A DNA stretch of 64,000 nt from Dehalococcoidia bacterium (GTDB lineage Bacteria; Chloroflexota; Dehalococcoidia; Lucifugimonadales; UBA3495). Every line of letters starts with the position of its first letter. The stretch's first letter is position 1. Of the stretch, positions 1 to 8,351 are shown one piece after another. Below the pieces are notes generated by a model, which worked only from the letters and a program-made list of their open reading frames with translations, ran no database searches and was not told the DNA's origin. The position numbers and the translations under genes are program-made. The DNA is taken from the NCBI GenBank assembly GCA_034423575.1, contig DAOUIF010000013.1:2367-66366 (forward strand), read 5' to 3'.

Positions 1-401
1 ACCTTGTCATAGCTCCATTCGTCGTTACCGCGGGACGCCCAGGCGTCGAAATCCTCCGGTACGCCGCGGTAGAAGGCCGAAGAGTTGATGGCACTGGAGC
101 CGCCGGTAACCCGGCCTCTGGGCACCAGCATCGGTGGCGCCAGGTCGGTCGCGGTTGCCGTGAACTGCCAATTATGCGGGTTGGTGGTCAACCATTCCGG
201 GTGGCCGGCGGCGGTTCGCGATGTTGGCGGGACCGGTGCCGCCGCGAAGCCATGCTTCAACTCGTCGGGCAGCAGTTCGAAGTCCGGATAATCCGGCCCC
301 GCTTCCAAGAGCAGCACCGAGCGTCCCGGGTCTTCCGATAGCCGGGCCGCAAGCACCGAACCGGCGGAACCTGCTCCCACGATCGCCACATCGTATCTCA
401 T
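1..401 (-). CDS. GMC family FAD-dependent oxidoreductase (N-terminal part; the rest runs off the left edge)
   Basis: Not in the ORF track because it is open at the window edge. My reverse-complement translation from the ATG at 401-399 gives MRYDVAIVGAGSAGSVLAARLSEDPGRSVLLLEAGPDYPDF...PRGRVTGGSSAIN. This has the GxGxxG FAD fold and closely matches the N-termini of the complete GMC paralogues at 8352 and 47973. Confidence 0.85.
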   Translation of the reverse strand, partial: MRYDVAIVGAGSAGSVLAARLSEDPGRSVLLLEAGPDYPDFELLPDELKHGFAAAPVPPTSRTAAGHPEWLTTNPHNWQFTATATDLAPPMLVPRGRVTGGSSAINSSAFYRGVPEDFDAWASRGNDEWSYDK

Positions 402-422
402 GATTTCTCGCAAAGGGGATCG

Positions 423-1637
423 TCAGAATCGGTAATCACAAGCGTTGCGCTCGTAGCTGTTGCCTTCCAAGGCAAGGTCGTGGTCGTCCGTTACGAAAAC
501 GCCGCACTCTCTGGAGGCAGCGATCCGATTACCTGAAATGCTGTAATGACGCCTGGGGTCGCCAACGGCTTCGTGTGTCTGCGGTGCCCGATCGCTCCAA
601 AGCCGAATGCCGTTTCGGTTTTCCTCGATACGGTTCCCGACTATGACATTGCTCCGGCCGTGCTCGATGGCGATTCCGTCGAAACGGTTGGCCCGAATTT
701 CGTTGCCTCGCATCGTTGAGTTGGTTGAGTAACCCAGCCAAAACCCATAGTTCGAATAGTTGGCGATGTTGTCTTCGAAGACGTTGCCCGAACAGAACAC
801 CGCCTCAAACGCGTTATTGGGCGAATAGCTGGCGTCATTGCCGCTTACGAAATTGTCGTTGGAGGATTCGCCGTGGTGTCCGCGGATGAAGAACCCGTCG
901 CCGCTGTAGCGCAGGCTGTTGCCCGTAATCCGGTTGTGGTTGGAGCCGTCTTCAAGAAGTATGCCCGCAGAGTCCGCAGTGTCGCACCAGAAGCGGTCCG
1001 TGTAGCGGATGCAATGCTCCGCCTGGTTGTCCGATATCTCGTTGTGGCTGGACCGCAACAGGTAGATTCCCACGTTGCCGCAGTGAGAGGCGTTGTTCCC
1101 CGAAATCACGTTGTGGTCTGACCGGATCAGACTGATGCCGTTGAAGCCGTTGCCGGTTTGGTTGTTTTCGATCACGCTGTTGCGGACACGGTAGAGGTAT
1201 ATCCCGCCGCCAAACCCCTCCTCCACCGGAGCCTCGATGTCGGGCAGCCAACCTGTATCCTGGGGGTTCGCGTTGTCCGACACGACGCAGCCCAGGATGT
1301 TGAGGTTGCGCACGTTGTCGGCGTGTATCCCATAGTGGAAGCCGATCACGATGCCGTTGGCGATGGTTACGTCCCGGCAATCGTGGACCCAAATCCCCAC
1401 GCCGCCGTTACGCTCACCGTCCAGCACCACGCCGGAGAGGTTCAGCGACACGCCGTCAGTGCGGATTTCGATGACGGCGTCGGGCGAGGACCGGGCCTCA
1501 AGCCCCGGGTATCGGGACGGCTTGAAAGTGTCCCGAGTGTACCTGTCCGGGACTACGGAGACACGGGTCATCGGAGTTCTGGCTAGGCCTTCCACGAAAC
1601 GCCGGCCCGGGTGCGGATACGGAAATACGTCACCCAA
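423..1637 (-). CDS. right-handed parallel beta-helix (PbH1/NosD-like) repeat protein
   Basis: 404-aa ORF with many ~22-aa N/G/I-rich turns (SHNEISDN, NHNRITGN, NSVIENN, SNVIVGN) typical of PbH1 repeats. No obvious signal peptide. The track start is TTG at 1637; an alternative ATG lies at 1571. Confidence 0.75.
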   Translation of the reverse strand: MGDVFPYPHPGRRFVEGLARTPMTRVSVVPDRYTRDTFKPSRYPGLEARSSPDAVIEIRTDGVSLNLSGVVLDGERNGGVGIWVHDCRDVTIANGIVIGFHYGIHADNVRNLNILGCVVSDNANPQDTGWLPDIEAPVEEGFGGGIYLYRVRNSVIENNQTGNGFNGISLIRSDHNVISGNNASHCGNVGIYLLRSSHNEISDNQAEHCIRYTDRFWCDTADSAGILLEDGSNHNRITGNSLRYSGDGFFIRGHHGESSNDNFVSGNDASYSPNNAFEAVFCSGNVFEDNIANYSNYGFWLGYSTNSTMRGNEIRANRFDGIAIEHGRSNVIVGNRIEENRNGIRLWSDRAPQTHEAVGDPRRHYSISGNRIAASRECGVFVTDDHDLALEGNSYERNACDYRF

Positions 1638-1668
1638 TCGGCTCCGCGCGTCACTTTGGTTAGCCGGA

Positions 1669-1926
1669 TCAGTTCAGGCTCGGCCCGCCCCCGGAGCCGC
1701 GGGAACTGAACCCAGGATGGTCGTCCAGGTCCGACGCATCATCCTGATGCTGGCCGCGCAGGACGCAATGCCCGCACACTTTGCAAACCGGATGCCGGTT
1801 AGCGAATTTCGGGTGGGGGATATTGCACGTGGGGCTGTCAGGGCGCTCGCAACGGGGACACCCGTCACACTTTCGGTGTCCGGTTCCCTGCCCGGTCTGG
1901 GTTCGTGGGTCCAATACCGTGACCAT
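1669..1926 (-). CDS. small Cys-rich protein (two CxxCxxC motifs), function unknown
   Basis: 85-aa ORF whose ATG is preceded by GGGGAAGG about 8 nt upstream. Third codon positions are G/C-rich like the neighbours. Motifs are CDGCPRC and CKVCGHC plus one more Cys. It is co-directional, between the LigB-like gene (101-nt gap) and the beta-helix gene (31-nt gap). Confidence 0.5.
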   Translation of the reverse strand: MVTVLDPRTQTGQGTGHRKCDGCPRCERPDSPTCNIPHPKFANRHPVCKVCGHCVLRGQHQDDASDLDDHPGFSSRGSGGGPSLN

Positions 1927-2027
1927 GATCGACGCCTTCCCCTTGGGTTAAGGGCAATGGGTCCGCCGCACCGAATTGACCACCGGTGCGGCCGACTGCA
2001 GCCCATGGATTGCCGGTGTCCGGCCTA

Positions 2028-2999
2028 TCAGTTCCAGATGGCGGCCACGCGGTAGGCCAGTTGGGTGTTTGACTCCCGTACGTCGACGATCTCCGCCGGA
2101 ACGTTGCCCAGGATCCCCAACGCAATAATCCAGTTCAGGATCTCGTGATCACCGGAGTCCTGGATCTCCTCGGGGGTGAGTTCCGCCAGCTTGCTCCCCT
2201 TGCCGGAGCGCACCATTTCCAGGTAGCGGCGGTCGGTTTCGACATCGATCTCCCGGCATTGGAACTTGTGGGCCAGGAAACTGTGTGACCAACTGGAGGA
2301 AGCCACCACGGCGACCCGCTCGTCCCTGGTGTCCAGGAACCTGCGAATCCCCTGCCCCAATTGGTAGCACCGTTTGGGAGTGGGACGCGGTGGGTAGTCG
2401 GGTCCGGCCTCTTCGCCGTAGCAGTTGACGAACAGGGGCAGCAGCGGGAACCTGCCGTCCGGGTCCAGGAACACCAGCGGGTTGATGATGGCGTGGGCCA
2501 GTCCCCAGTCCCAACCCTTGAGGGCACTGGAGGAGGCCATGTCGAACCCGTCCCGGATCAGAAAGTTGCGCAGATCCTGGGAAAACTCCTTGGGGCACTG
2601 GAAAGTGAACTTGGTCTCCGGCTCAGCGTCCCACAGGTTGGTACGGGCCGCCCCGCGCTGGAAGGGGTAGCCGTCGACTTCAGCGCCGGTGTACAGGCAG
2701 AAGGGAGGCAGGTTGTCCTGCAGGAAGTTCTCCGCCTGGTCGTCGCCGATCACCATCACCACGTCGGGCTCCCACTCGTGGAGGCGGTCGCGCATGATCT
2801 TGAACGACTCAACAACCTTCTTCTGGTCGCTGATGTCCCGGCTCAGTCCGTTGTCATCGCCCAGCTCTTTGAGCAACTGGGCGGGAGCTTCGTAGCCCGG
2901 CACCCGGGCAAATACCCGCTCTCGGCCGGTGGCCCATACCTCGGGCGGCGTCAGGATGATGGGGCCGTGAGAACAGCCCAGACCCAGTAGTTCAGCCAT
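2028..2999 (-). CDS. class III extradiol dioxygenase (LigB) superfamily protein, divergent
   Basis: 323 aa, AGGAGG RBS. N-terminus MAELLGLGCSHGP parallels the paralogue at 46698 (MAELVLGLASSHSP). Also has PTPKRC, SSSWSHSF and SGDHEILNW blocks aligned to LigB motifs as I recall them. Confidence 0.75.
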   Translation of the reverse strand: MAELLGLGCSHGPIILTPPEVWATGRERVFARVPGYEAPAQLLKELGDDNGLSRDISDQKKVVESFKIMRDRLHEWEPDVVMVIGDDQAENFLQDNLPPFCLYTGAEVDGYPFQRGAARTNLWDAEPETKFTFQCPKEFSQDLRNFLIRDGFDMASSSALKGWDWGLAHAIINPLVFLDPDGRFPLLPLFVNCYGEEAGPDYPPRPTPKRCYQLGQGIRRFLDTRDERVAVVASSSWSHSFLAHKFQCREIDVETDRRYLEMVRSGKGSKLAELTPEEIQDSGDHEILNWIIALGILGNVPAEIVDVRESNTQLAYRVAAIWN

Positions 3000-3121
3000 T
3001 TTGTCCTCCTAACGACCCGGAGTCAGCGCAGGATTCGGGGGAGTTGTCGCGATTGTAGGGACACGCGTGGAGGACTGTCAATTTGTACGGTTGCCCCACG
3101 TGCAACCTATTTCGCTTGAAT

Positions 3122-3214
3122 TGTCATTGCGAGCGGAGCGCGGCAATCTCGTCAGGGCAATGGAGGCGTTAGCGTGAACGAGATCGCCACGTCGCTGCGC
3201 TCCTCGCGATGACA
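3122..3214. repeat. family-A ~93-bp inverted-repeat (MITE/REP-like) element, copy 1
   Basis: TGTCATTGCGAGCGgAGCGCGGCAATCTCG ... CGAGATCGCCACGTCGCTgcGCTCCTCGCGATGACA. The ends are shared with copies at 10474, 39013 (inverted) and 46591; the centres are variable. Confidence 0.85.
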
Positions 3215-3336
3215 AAATGCGCGGGAGCGGGGGATGGACGCACCATGGACGCAATGGTTCGCCCATGCGCAACTGTACCCACTCTGGGGCCAATTGCGTC
3301 GGGCCACCGAGCTTGCCGTCGCTTGCGCCGGATCCC

Positions 3337-3585
3337 CTATTCGGCGGTGATCAGGCCGGCCGCGAGCAGCGCATCGCGAAGGGCATCGCCCGAGATGGCG
3401 TGCTTCGCAGACCATCCGGTATCCGGCTGACCAGGCGTCCCGCGAGCCCACACGATAAGTACTCCCGCTTCCTCGTCCATGTCTTCCGGGACCGTGGATC
3501 GCTCGATTTGAGATCTGGCTACCATGGCCCATTCCTCGGTGGAGAACATGAGCCGATTATTGCTGGTGGGCGCCGGTTCTGGCAT
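3337..3585 (-). CDS. hypothetical small protein (82 aa)
   Basis: C-terminal part of track ORF 3337..3747. The internal ATG at 3585 has GGAGA 8 nt upstream and lies 38 nt after the stop of the upstream gene. No recognisable motif. Confidence 0.45.
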   Translation of the reverse strand: MPEPAPTSNNRLMFSTEEWAMVARSQIERSTVPEDMDEEAGVLIVWARGTPGQPDTGWSAKHAISGDALRDALLAAGLITAE

Positions 3586-3622
3586 TGAGTATCTCCAGTT
3601 GCAAAATGGCGCAAGCCCGACT

Positions 3623-4528
3623 TCAGGCTTGGTCTCCAGCGTCCACGCGTGCCGGTACGTGCTGCGCCAGTTCCTGAATGGTCTCGGTGAAAGTGCGGTT
3701 ACGGTCTCGCGTCTCGGGGAATTCTTCGCCGAGGGGAGTGCCGCCAATGAAACGGTACATCTCCGCGACCCCCTCGAACAGATGCGGCGTCATACCCAGT
3801 TCGTCAAAAGTATCGCGAATTTCCTCCATCTCGCTGACCCACCGGCGCGAACGCGGCGGAACCGTCGGTATGGTGCGCTCCATGCGCTGCAACACCGCCT
3901 GTTGGCCGGAACCGAATTCAGCTAATAGAGGTTCGGTAAGCCCCATGAGATCTGCCGCCATCAGGAGCTGGGTGTACAGCGCCCACGACCCCTTGGTCAT
4001 GGCCGCATAGCACATCTTGATGCCCGAAGCCTGCCCCACCGCGCCGTCCAGCTTCAATACCGCCAGACCAAAGTCGTTCAGTTGCTCAAACTGCGCCGCG
4101 TGCTGGCCGGAGGCGTAGAAGTGCGGACTGTAACCGGGCCGCGGCGGGCCGCCGATTATGGACACGTCAACGAACCGTCCGCCGGCGTCGGTGATGATCG
4201 GCTCCAGATCCCGCGCCAACTGAGGAGAGATGGCGTTGCACTCCGCGAACAGGGTGTCGGAGCCCGTGGCGACCAGTGCGTCAGCGACCTGCTGGCACAC
4301 TCCGGGCACCGCCCCGGACACGGTCATGGACAGTATCAGGTCCGACTGTTCGACCAACTCTTCCATCGTGGCAACGTCGCGTATTCCGGCTTTCTGGGAC
4401 AGGGCGCGAGTCCGGTCGCTGCGGCCGGCGAGGCAGGTGATCACATCCAGTTCATTGTCCCGCAGGCGCTGTCCGACGGCATGCCCCATATCGCCAGGAC
4501 TCAGAATGGCCACGGTGTTGATATTCAT
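3623..4528 (-). CDS. NAD(P)-binding dehydrogenase, 6-phosphogluconate/3-hydroxyisobutyrate dehydrogenase-like with DUF1932-type C-terminus
   Basis: MNINTVAILSPGDMGHAVG Rossmann start, with GIKMCYAAMTKG in the C-terminal domain. Start trimmed from the track (4582) to the ATG at 4528. Confidence 0.7.
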   Translation of the reverse strand: MNINTVAILSPGDMGHAVGQRLRDNELDVITCLAGRSDRTRALSQKAGIRDVATMEELVEQSDLILSMTVSGAVPGVCQQVADALVATGSDTLFAECNAISPQLARDLEPIITDAGGRFVDVSIIGGPPRPGYSPHFYASGQHAAQFEQLNDFGLAVLKLDGAVGQASGIKMCYAAMTKGSWALYTQLLMAADLMGLTEPLLAEFGSGQQAVLQRMERTIPTVPPRSRRWVSEMEEIRDTFDELGMTPHLFEGVAEMYRFIGGTPLGEEFPETRDRNRTFTETIQELAQHVPARVDAGDQA

Positions 4529-4683
4529 CAAAGCTATCTCTCGAAGGAAGTAATGAGCCCGCAAACTATAGCATGATGGCACGGTCTCCCCGCCGAGAAC
4601 CGGTTGCGAACGATGCCTGAGACGGGGATACTGGGGCCGGAAACTACTAGATCGTAACTCGCCGGCAGCCGCTGGAGGTGAAC

Positions 4684-5556
4684 ATGGCGTTCGCGCATCC
4701 CGAGTACCTCGTATCCACCCATTGGCTGGCCGAGCATTTGGCCGACGCCGACGTCCGCGTTTTTGAAACGACCGTCTTCCTGCACCGGAGCGAGGGTGGT
4801 GTGCGCGCCGAGTCGGGACGAACAGAGTATGAGACCGGGCACATCCCCGGTTCCGGCTTCCTCGACCTGCAGGCAGACTTCTCCGATAACGACCAGCCCT
4901 ACCGTTTCATGATGCCATCGGCATCAGCATTCGCGGAGGCCGCTGGGCGTCACGGCATATCGGAGGACTCGAAACTAGTACTGTACGACCGACTGGGTTC
5001 GCAGTGGGCGGCAAGGCTGTGGTGGATGTTCCGCTCGATGGGCTGCCACGGTGCGGTGGTGCTGGACGGTGGCCTGCGCCGTTGGACAGCTGAGGGTCGT
5101 CCGTCTTCGACCGAGCCGGCGACCTACGCCCCCGCGGTCTTCAATCCGACGGCCGACACGGCTCGCTTCGCCGATCTGGCCGAGGTGAAGGCGTTCATGG
5201 AGGACGGCGGTGGAAGTTGCCTGATCAATGCCCTGGGGCGGGATCAGCACTCGGGAGCCGATGGGGGTACGGGTTATGGCCGCGCCGGCCACATCCCCGG
5301 GGCGACCAACGTGCCGTCGGGGGAGTTGACCGATCCCGATACCGGCCTGTTCCGGCCGGCCGATGAACTGGCGTCCCTCTTCGCTGAAGCCGGCGCCGAC
5401 CCGTCACAGCGCGTAGTCACCTATTGCGGAGGCGGCATTGCTGCGTCCAACGACGCCTTCGTGCTCGCCATGCTGGGCTATGAGAACGTTGCGGTCTACG
5501 ATGCCTCCATGTCCGAGTACGCCGCCGACCCGTCGCTGCCGCTGGTGGCCGCGTAA
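4684..5556 (+). CDS. rhodanese-domain sulfurtransferase (thiosulfate/3-mercaptopyruvate type, two rhodanese domains)
   Basis: Tandem rhodanese architecture with active-site loop YCGGGIAAS. GGAGG lies 5 nt before the ATG at 4684; the track begins at GTG 4678. Confidence 0.85.
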   Translation: MAFAHPEYLVSTHWLAEHLADADVRVFETTVFLHRSEGGVRAESGRTEYETGHIPGSGFLDLQADFSDNDQPYRFMMPSASAFAEAAGRHGISEDSKLVLYDRLGSQWAARLWWMFRSMGCHGAVVLDGGLRRWTAEGRPSSTEPATYAPAVFNPTADTARFADLAEVKAFMEDGGGSCLINALGRDQHSGADGGTGYGRAGHIPGATNVPSGELTDPDTGLFRPADELASLFAEAGADPSQRVVTYCGGGIAASNDAFVLAMLGYENVAVYDASMSEYAADPSLPLVAA

Positions 5557-5645
5557 CCGCGGCCGACAGACTGGTCCGTTTACCGCCGGCGGAGCCCCGT
5601 TACCAATCACATCACGGATCCGGCCACCAAAAGGGGAGGTGAGCC

Positions 5646-6704
5646 ATGACCCAGGCCAGCATGCTGAACGACACCCTGGAATTCGGGCTGTTCGACTGGA
5701 TCGAATGGGACAAGTCCTCGCCCAGCGATATCTTCGAAAACCGGCTCCGGATGCTGGAGTACGCCGACCGCAACGGGTTCTACAGCTACCACCTGGCGGA
5801 GCACCACATCACGCCGCTGAGCGTGTCGCCTTCACCCGCGGTGTTCCTGGCGGCGGCGGCACAGCGCACAACCCGGCTGCGCCTGGGCCCGCTGGTCTTC
5901 CTGCTCCCCTTCTACAATCCGATCCGCCTTTACCACGAGATCTGCATGCTGGACAACCTCAGCAACGGCCGCCTGGATTTGGGCGTAGGGCGTGGTGTCT
6001 CGCCCGTCGAGGCCGAAGAGTTCGGGGTCGACCTGGAGATCAGCTGGGAAGTGTTCAACGAGCAGATGGACATGTTCACCAACGGTTTCACCACCGGAAT
6101 GCTCAACTACCAGGGCAAGCACTACCACTACGAGGACATCGAGCTTTGGATCGCGCCCCACCAGAAGCCCTATCCGCCTTTGTGGTACGCCAGCAACAAC
6201 ATCGACACGGTTCCGTGGATGGCCCAGCACGGTTTCAACACCTGCACGGTTTTCGCCGACAACGCTGGCGTCAAGGCCCATTACGACCTGTACAAGCGAG
6301 TGTGGAACGCCGAGCGGATGTCCGACGGGCTCAACAGCCATGTGCCCGTTCCCAAGCTGGGACTGGTGCGTCACATGTACATCGCGGACACCGACGAAAA
6401 AGCCCGAGCGGAAGCCATAGCGGCGTACGGTACGTGGTTCCACAACATCGACTACCTCTGGGCCAAGAATGGACTCGACCGACTGGGCGCCATGCGCGAT
6501 TTCGACGCGCTGGAAGCCAAGGACGTGATTATTGTCGGCACTGCGTCCACCGTGCGGGAACGCGTCCAGCGGGCCATCGACGAGACGGGCATCAATTACT
6601 TTTGCCCCATATTCGCTTGGGGCGACCTGACCCCGGACCAGGTCATGGGCTCCATGGAATTGTTCGTCGACCAGGTGATGCCGCATCTGCAGCCCAGCGG
6701 CTGA
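5646..6704 (+). CDS. LLM-class (luciferase-like) flavin-dependent oxidoreductase
   Basis: 352 aa, GGGGAGG RBS. Shows the LAEHH..., RLRLGP... and GRLDLGVGRG pattern of luciferase-like monooxygenases. Confidence 0.85.
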   Translation: MTQASMLNDTLEFGLFDWIEWDKSSPSDIFENRLRMLEYADRNGFYSYHLAEHHITPLSVSPSPAVFLAAAAQRTTRLRLGPLVFLLPFYNPIRLYHEICMLDNLSNGRLDLGVGRGVSPVEAEEFGVDLEISWEVFNEQMDMFTNGFTTGMLNYQGKHYHYEDIELWIAPHQKPYPPLWYASNNIDTVPWMAQHGFNTCTVFADNAGVKAHYDLYKRVWNAERMSDGLNSHVPVPKLGLVRHMYIADTDEKARAEAIAAYGTWFHNIDYLWAKNGLDRLGAMRDFDALEAKDVIIVGTASTVRERVQRAIDETGINYFCPIFAWGDLTPDQVMGSMELFVDQVMPHLQPSG

Positions 6705-6743
6705 TGGCCGGGACGCCTGCCAGCTACAGACGGGAGCACGATC

Positions 6744-7361
6744 ATGTCCTCTAGCGCATCCTACGCTCCAGCGACCGCCGACGCGATCAGCAGGACCATA
6801 GAGGCCCTGGCAAAACGGAACGTCGAAGCCGTCCTGGTGGAAAGTCGAGAGGCGGCGTTGACGAAACTCCGCGAATGGGTGCCGGAGGGCTCTGAGGTCT
6901 ACGTCAATACTTCCGAGACGCTGGACACCATCGGTTACACGGAATACATGCACGGCAACGATAGTTACGTAAACCTGCACGACCAGATGATGGCTCATGC
7001 CGATCCGGCGGCCCAGCGTGAGTTCCGGCGCAAGACCACCATCGCCGATTATTTCGTGGGCAGCGTCCAGGCCATCGCTGAGACCGGCGAGATTGTCGTT
7101 GCCAGCGGTTCCGGCAGCCAGATCGGGGCCTATGCCTACGGGGCCAAGCGCCTCATCCTGGTGGCTGGCACCCAGAAGATCTGCGCGACCCTGGCCGAAG
7201 CCGAGGCCCGCACCCGGGGCTTCACCCTGGAGCGGCACGACCGCTGGCTGGAGGGGCGCGGCGCAACTCCCACGCCCATCGGCAAGTACCTGATCATGGA
7301 GCACGAGCCGATGGTCGGCCGCATCTCCATGATCCTCATACCGGAAAGCCTGGGTTGGTAA
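6744..7361 (+). CDS. LUD (LutC/YkgG-like, DUF162) domain protein
   Basis: 205 aa. The block VGSVQAIAETGEIVVASGSGSQ...RLILVAGTQKI matches the LUD-domain core as I recall it. Confidence 0.7.
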   Translation: MSSSASYAPATADAISRTIEALAKRNVEAVLVESREAALTKLREWVPEGSEVYVNTSETLDTIGYTEYMHGNDSYVNLHDQMMAHADPAAQREFRRKTTIADYFVGSVQAIAETGEIVVASGSGSQIGAYAYGAKRLILVAGTQKICATLAEAEARTRGFTLERHDRWLEGRGATPTPIGKYLIMEHEPMVGRISMILIPESLGW

Positions 7362-7398
7362 ACCGCACATAGACGAAACATCGCAAGGGGGAACAGTG

Positions 7399-8304
7399 AT
7401 GCCAGAGAAACAACGCATGACAACCAGGCTCAAGGAGCTGTTCGAGCGACCGGAGATCTTCGTGCTGGCCGGCGGCATGAACGCCATGGGGGCCAAGATG
7501 GCCGAAGTGCTGGGGTTCGAGGCCTTCTACATGTCGGGCGGCAACACCTCGGCGCAGGTCATGGGCCTGACCGAGGGCGGCACCAGCATGCGCGACATGG
7601 TGGACAACGCCCGGAAAATCGTGAACACCATCGACATTCCGGCGTTCGTGGACATGGACACCGGCTACGGGGACGCTATCCAGGTCTACGAGACGGTTAA
7701 GGAGTACATCCGGGCCGGCATTGCGGGCACTCACCTTGAGGACCAGACCTACCCGCCCAAGTCGGGCCCTCGCCGCCGTTGCGTCTCCATTGAAGAGATG
7801 GTCGGCAAACTCCGGGCCGCCATGGACGCCAAGATGGAGTATGACCCCGACTTCGTGATCGTGGCCCGGTGCGACTACGCCGGCGTCCCGGGGGCGACGT
7901 TCGAGGATGTGATGGAGCGCTGCCTAGCCTACAAGAGCGAGACCAACGTGGACGTCGTGTGCCCCGCCGTCTCGTCCTGGGAGGACAACCAGGAAGCCAT
8001 CCGGCGCATCCCCGGGCCGGTGCTGCCCCTGTTCACCCACGGCAGCCAGACCCACCCCACCCTGGAAGAGTTGCAGGAGGCCAGAGCCGCCGCGGCCTGG
8101 TATCCCGCCCTGACCACCATGGCAGGACTCCAGGCACAATGGGATTTCCTCAGCGATTTCCAGGACCGCGGCACCGCCGCCATCGACGACTTCCTGGCCC
8201 AGGCGGCCCAGAGCAAGTGGGGCATCGCCAGCAATGGGGGCATCCTGGGCGCGGACCGCATTCGGGCGATGGAGGACAAGTACCTGCCTGATCGACCTCT
8301 GTAA
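7399..8304 (+). CDS. isocitrate lyase / PEP mutase superfamily protein
   Basis: FYMSGG...IPAFVDMDTGYG...GIAGTHLEDQ is typical of the ICL/PEPM TIM barrel. AGGGGGAA RBS; ATG at 7399 (track GTG at 7396). Confidence 0.8.
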   Translation: MPEKQRMTTRLKELFERPEIFVLAGGMNAMGAKMAEVLGFEAFYMSGGNTSAQVMGLTEGGTSMRDMVDNARKIVNTIDIPAFVDMDTGYGDAIQVYETVKEYIRAGIAGTHLEDQTYPPKSGPRRRCVSIEEMVGKLRAAMDAKMEYDPDFVIVARCDYAGVPGATFEDVMERCLAYKSETNVDVVCPAVSSWEDNQEAIRRIPGPVLPLFTHGSQTHPTLEELQEARAAAAWYPALTTMAGLQAQWDFLSDFQDRGTAAIDDFLAQAAQSKWGIASNGGILGADRIRAMEDKYLPDRPL

Positions 8305-8351
8305 GCCCGCCATTGCCGGAAGCGATGTCAGCCAATATTGGAGATATCTCA

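Noticed and set aside
3078-3293. Short ORFs spanning the repeat elements, for example 3078..3293, 38938..39252, 46549..46755, 16300..16515 and 33155..33367
   Set aside because: Their conserved peptide segments (..LAMT.., ..EIAALRSQ.., ..QDFQDLRI..) are simply translations of the family-A/B DNA repeats. The frames and strands differ between copies, so the conservation is at the nucleotide level.
5832-7496. Other long antisense or alternate-frame ORFs: 5832..7496(-), 5438..6754(+), 12227..13477(-), 19584..21308(-), 22051..23124(-), 25300..26244(-), 48597..49988(-) and 60098..61546(+)
   Set aside because: Each overlaps a gene with clear family motifs and an RBS in another frame or on the other strand. 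Their products are Arg/Gly/Pro/His-rich without recognisable domains. They are GC-driven stop-codon-poor frames.
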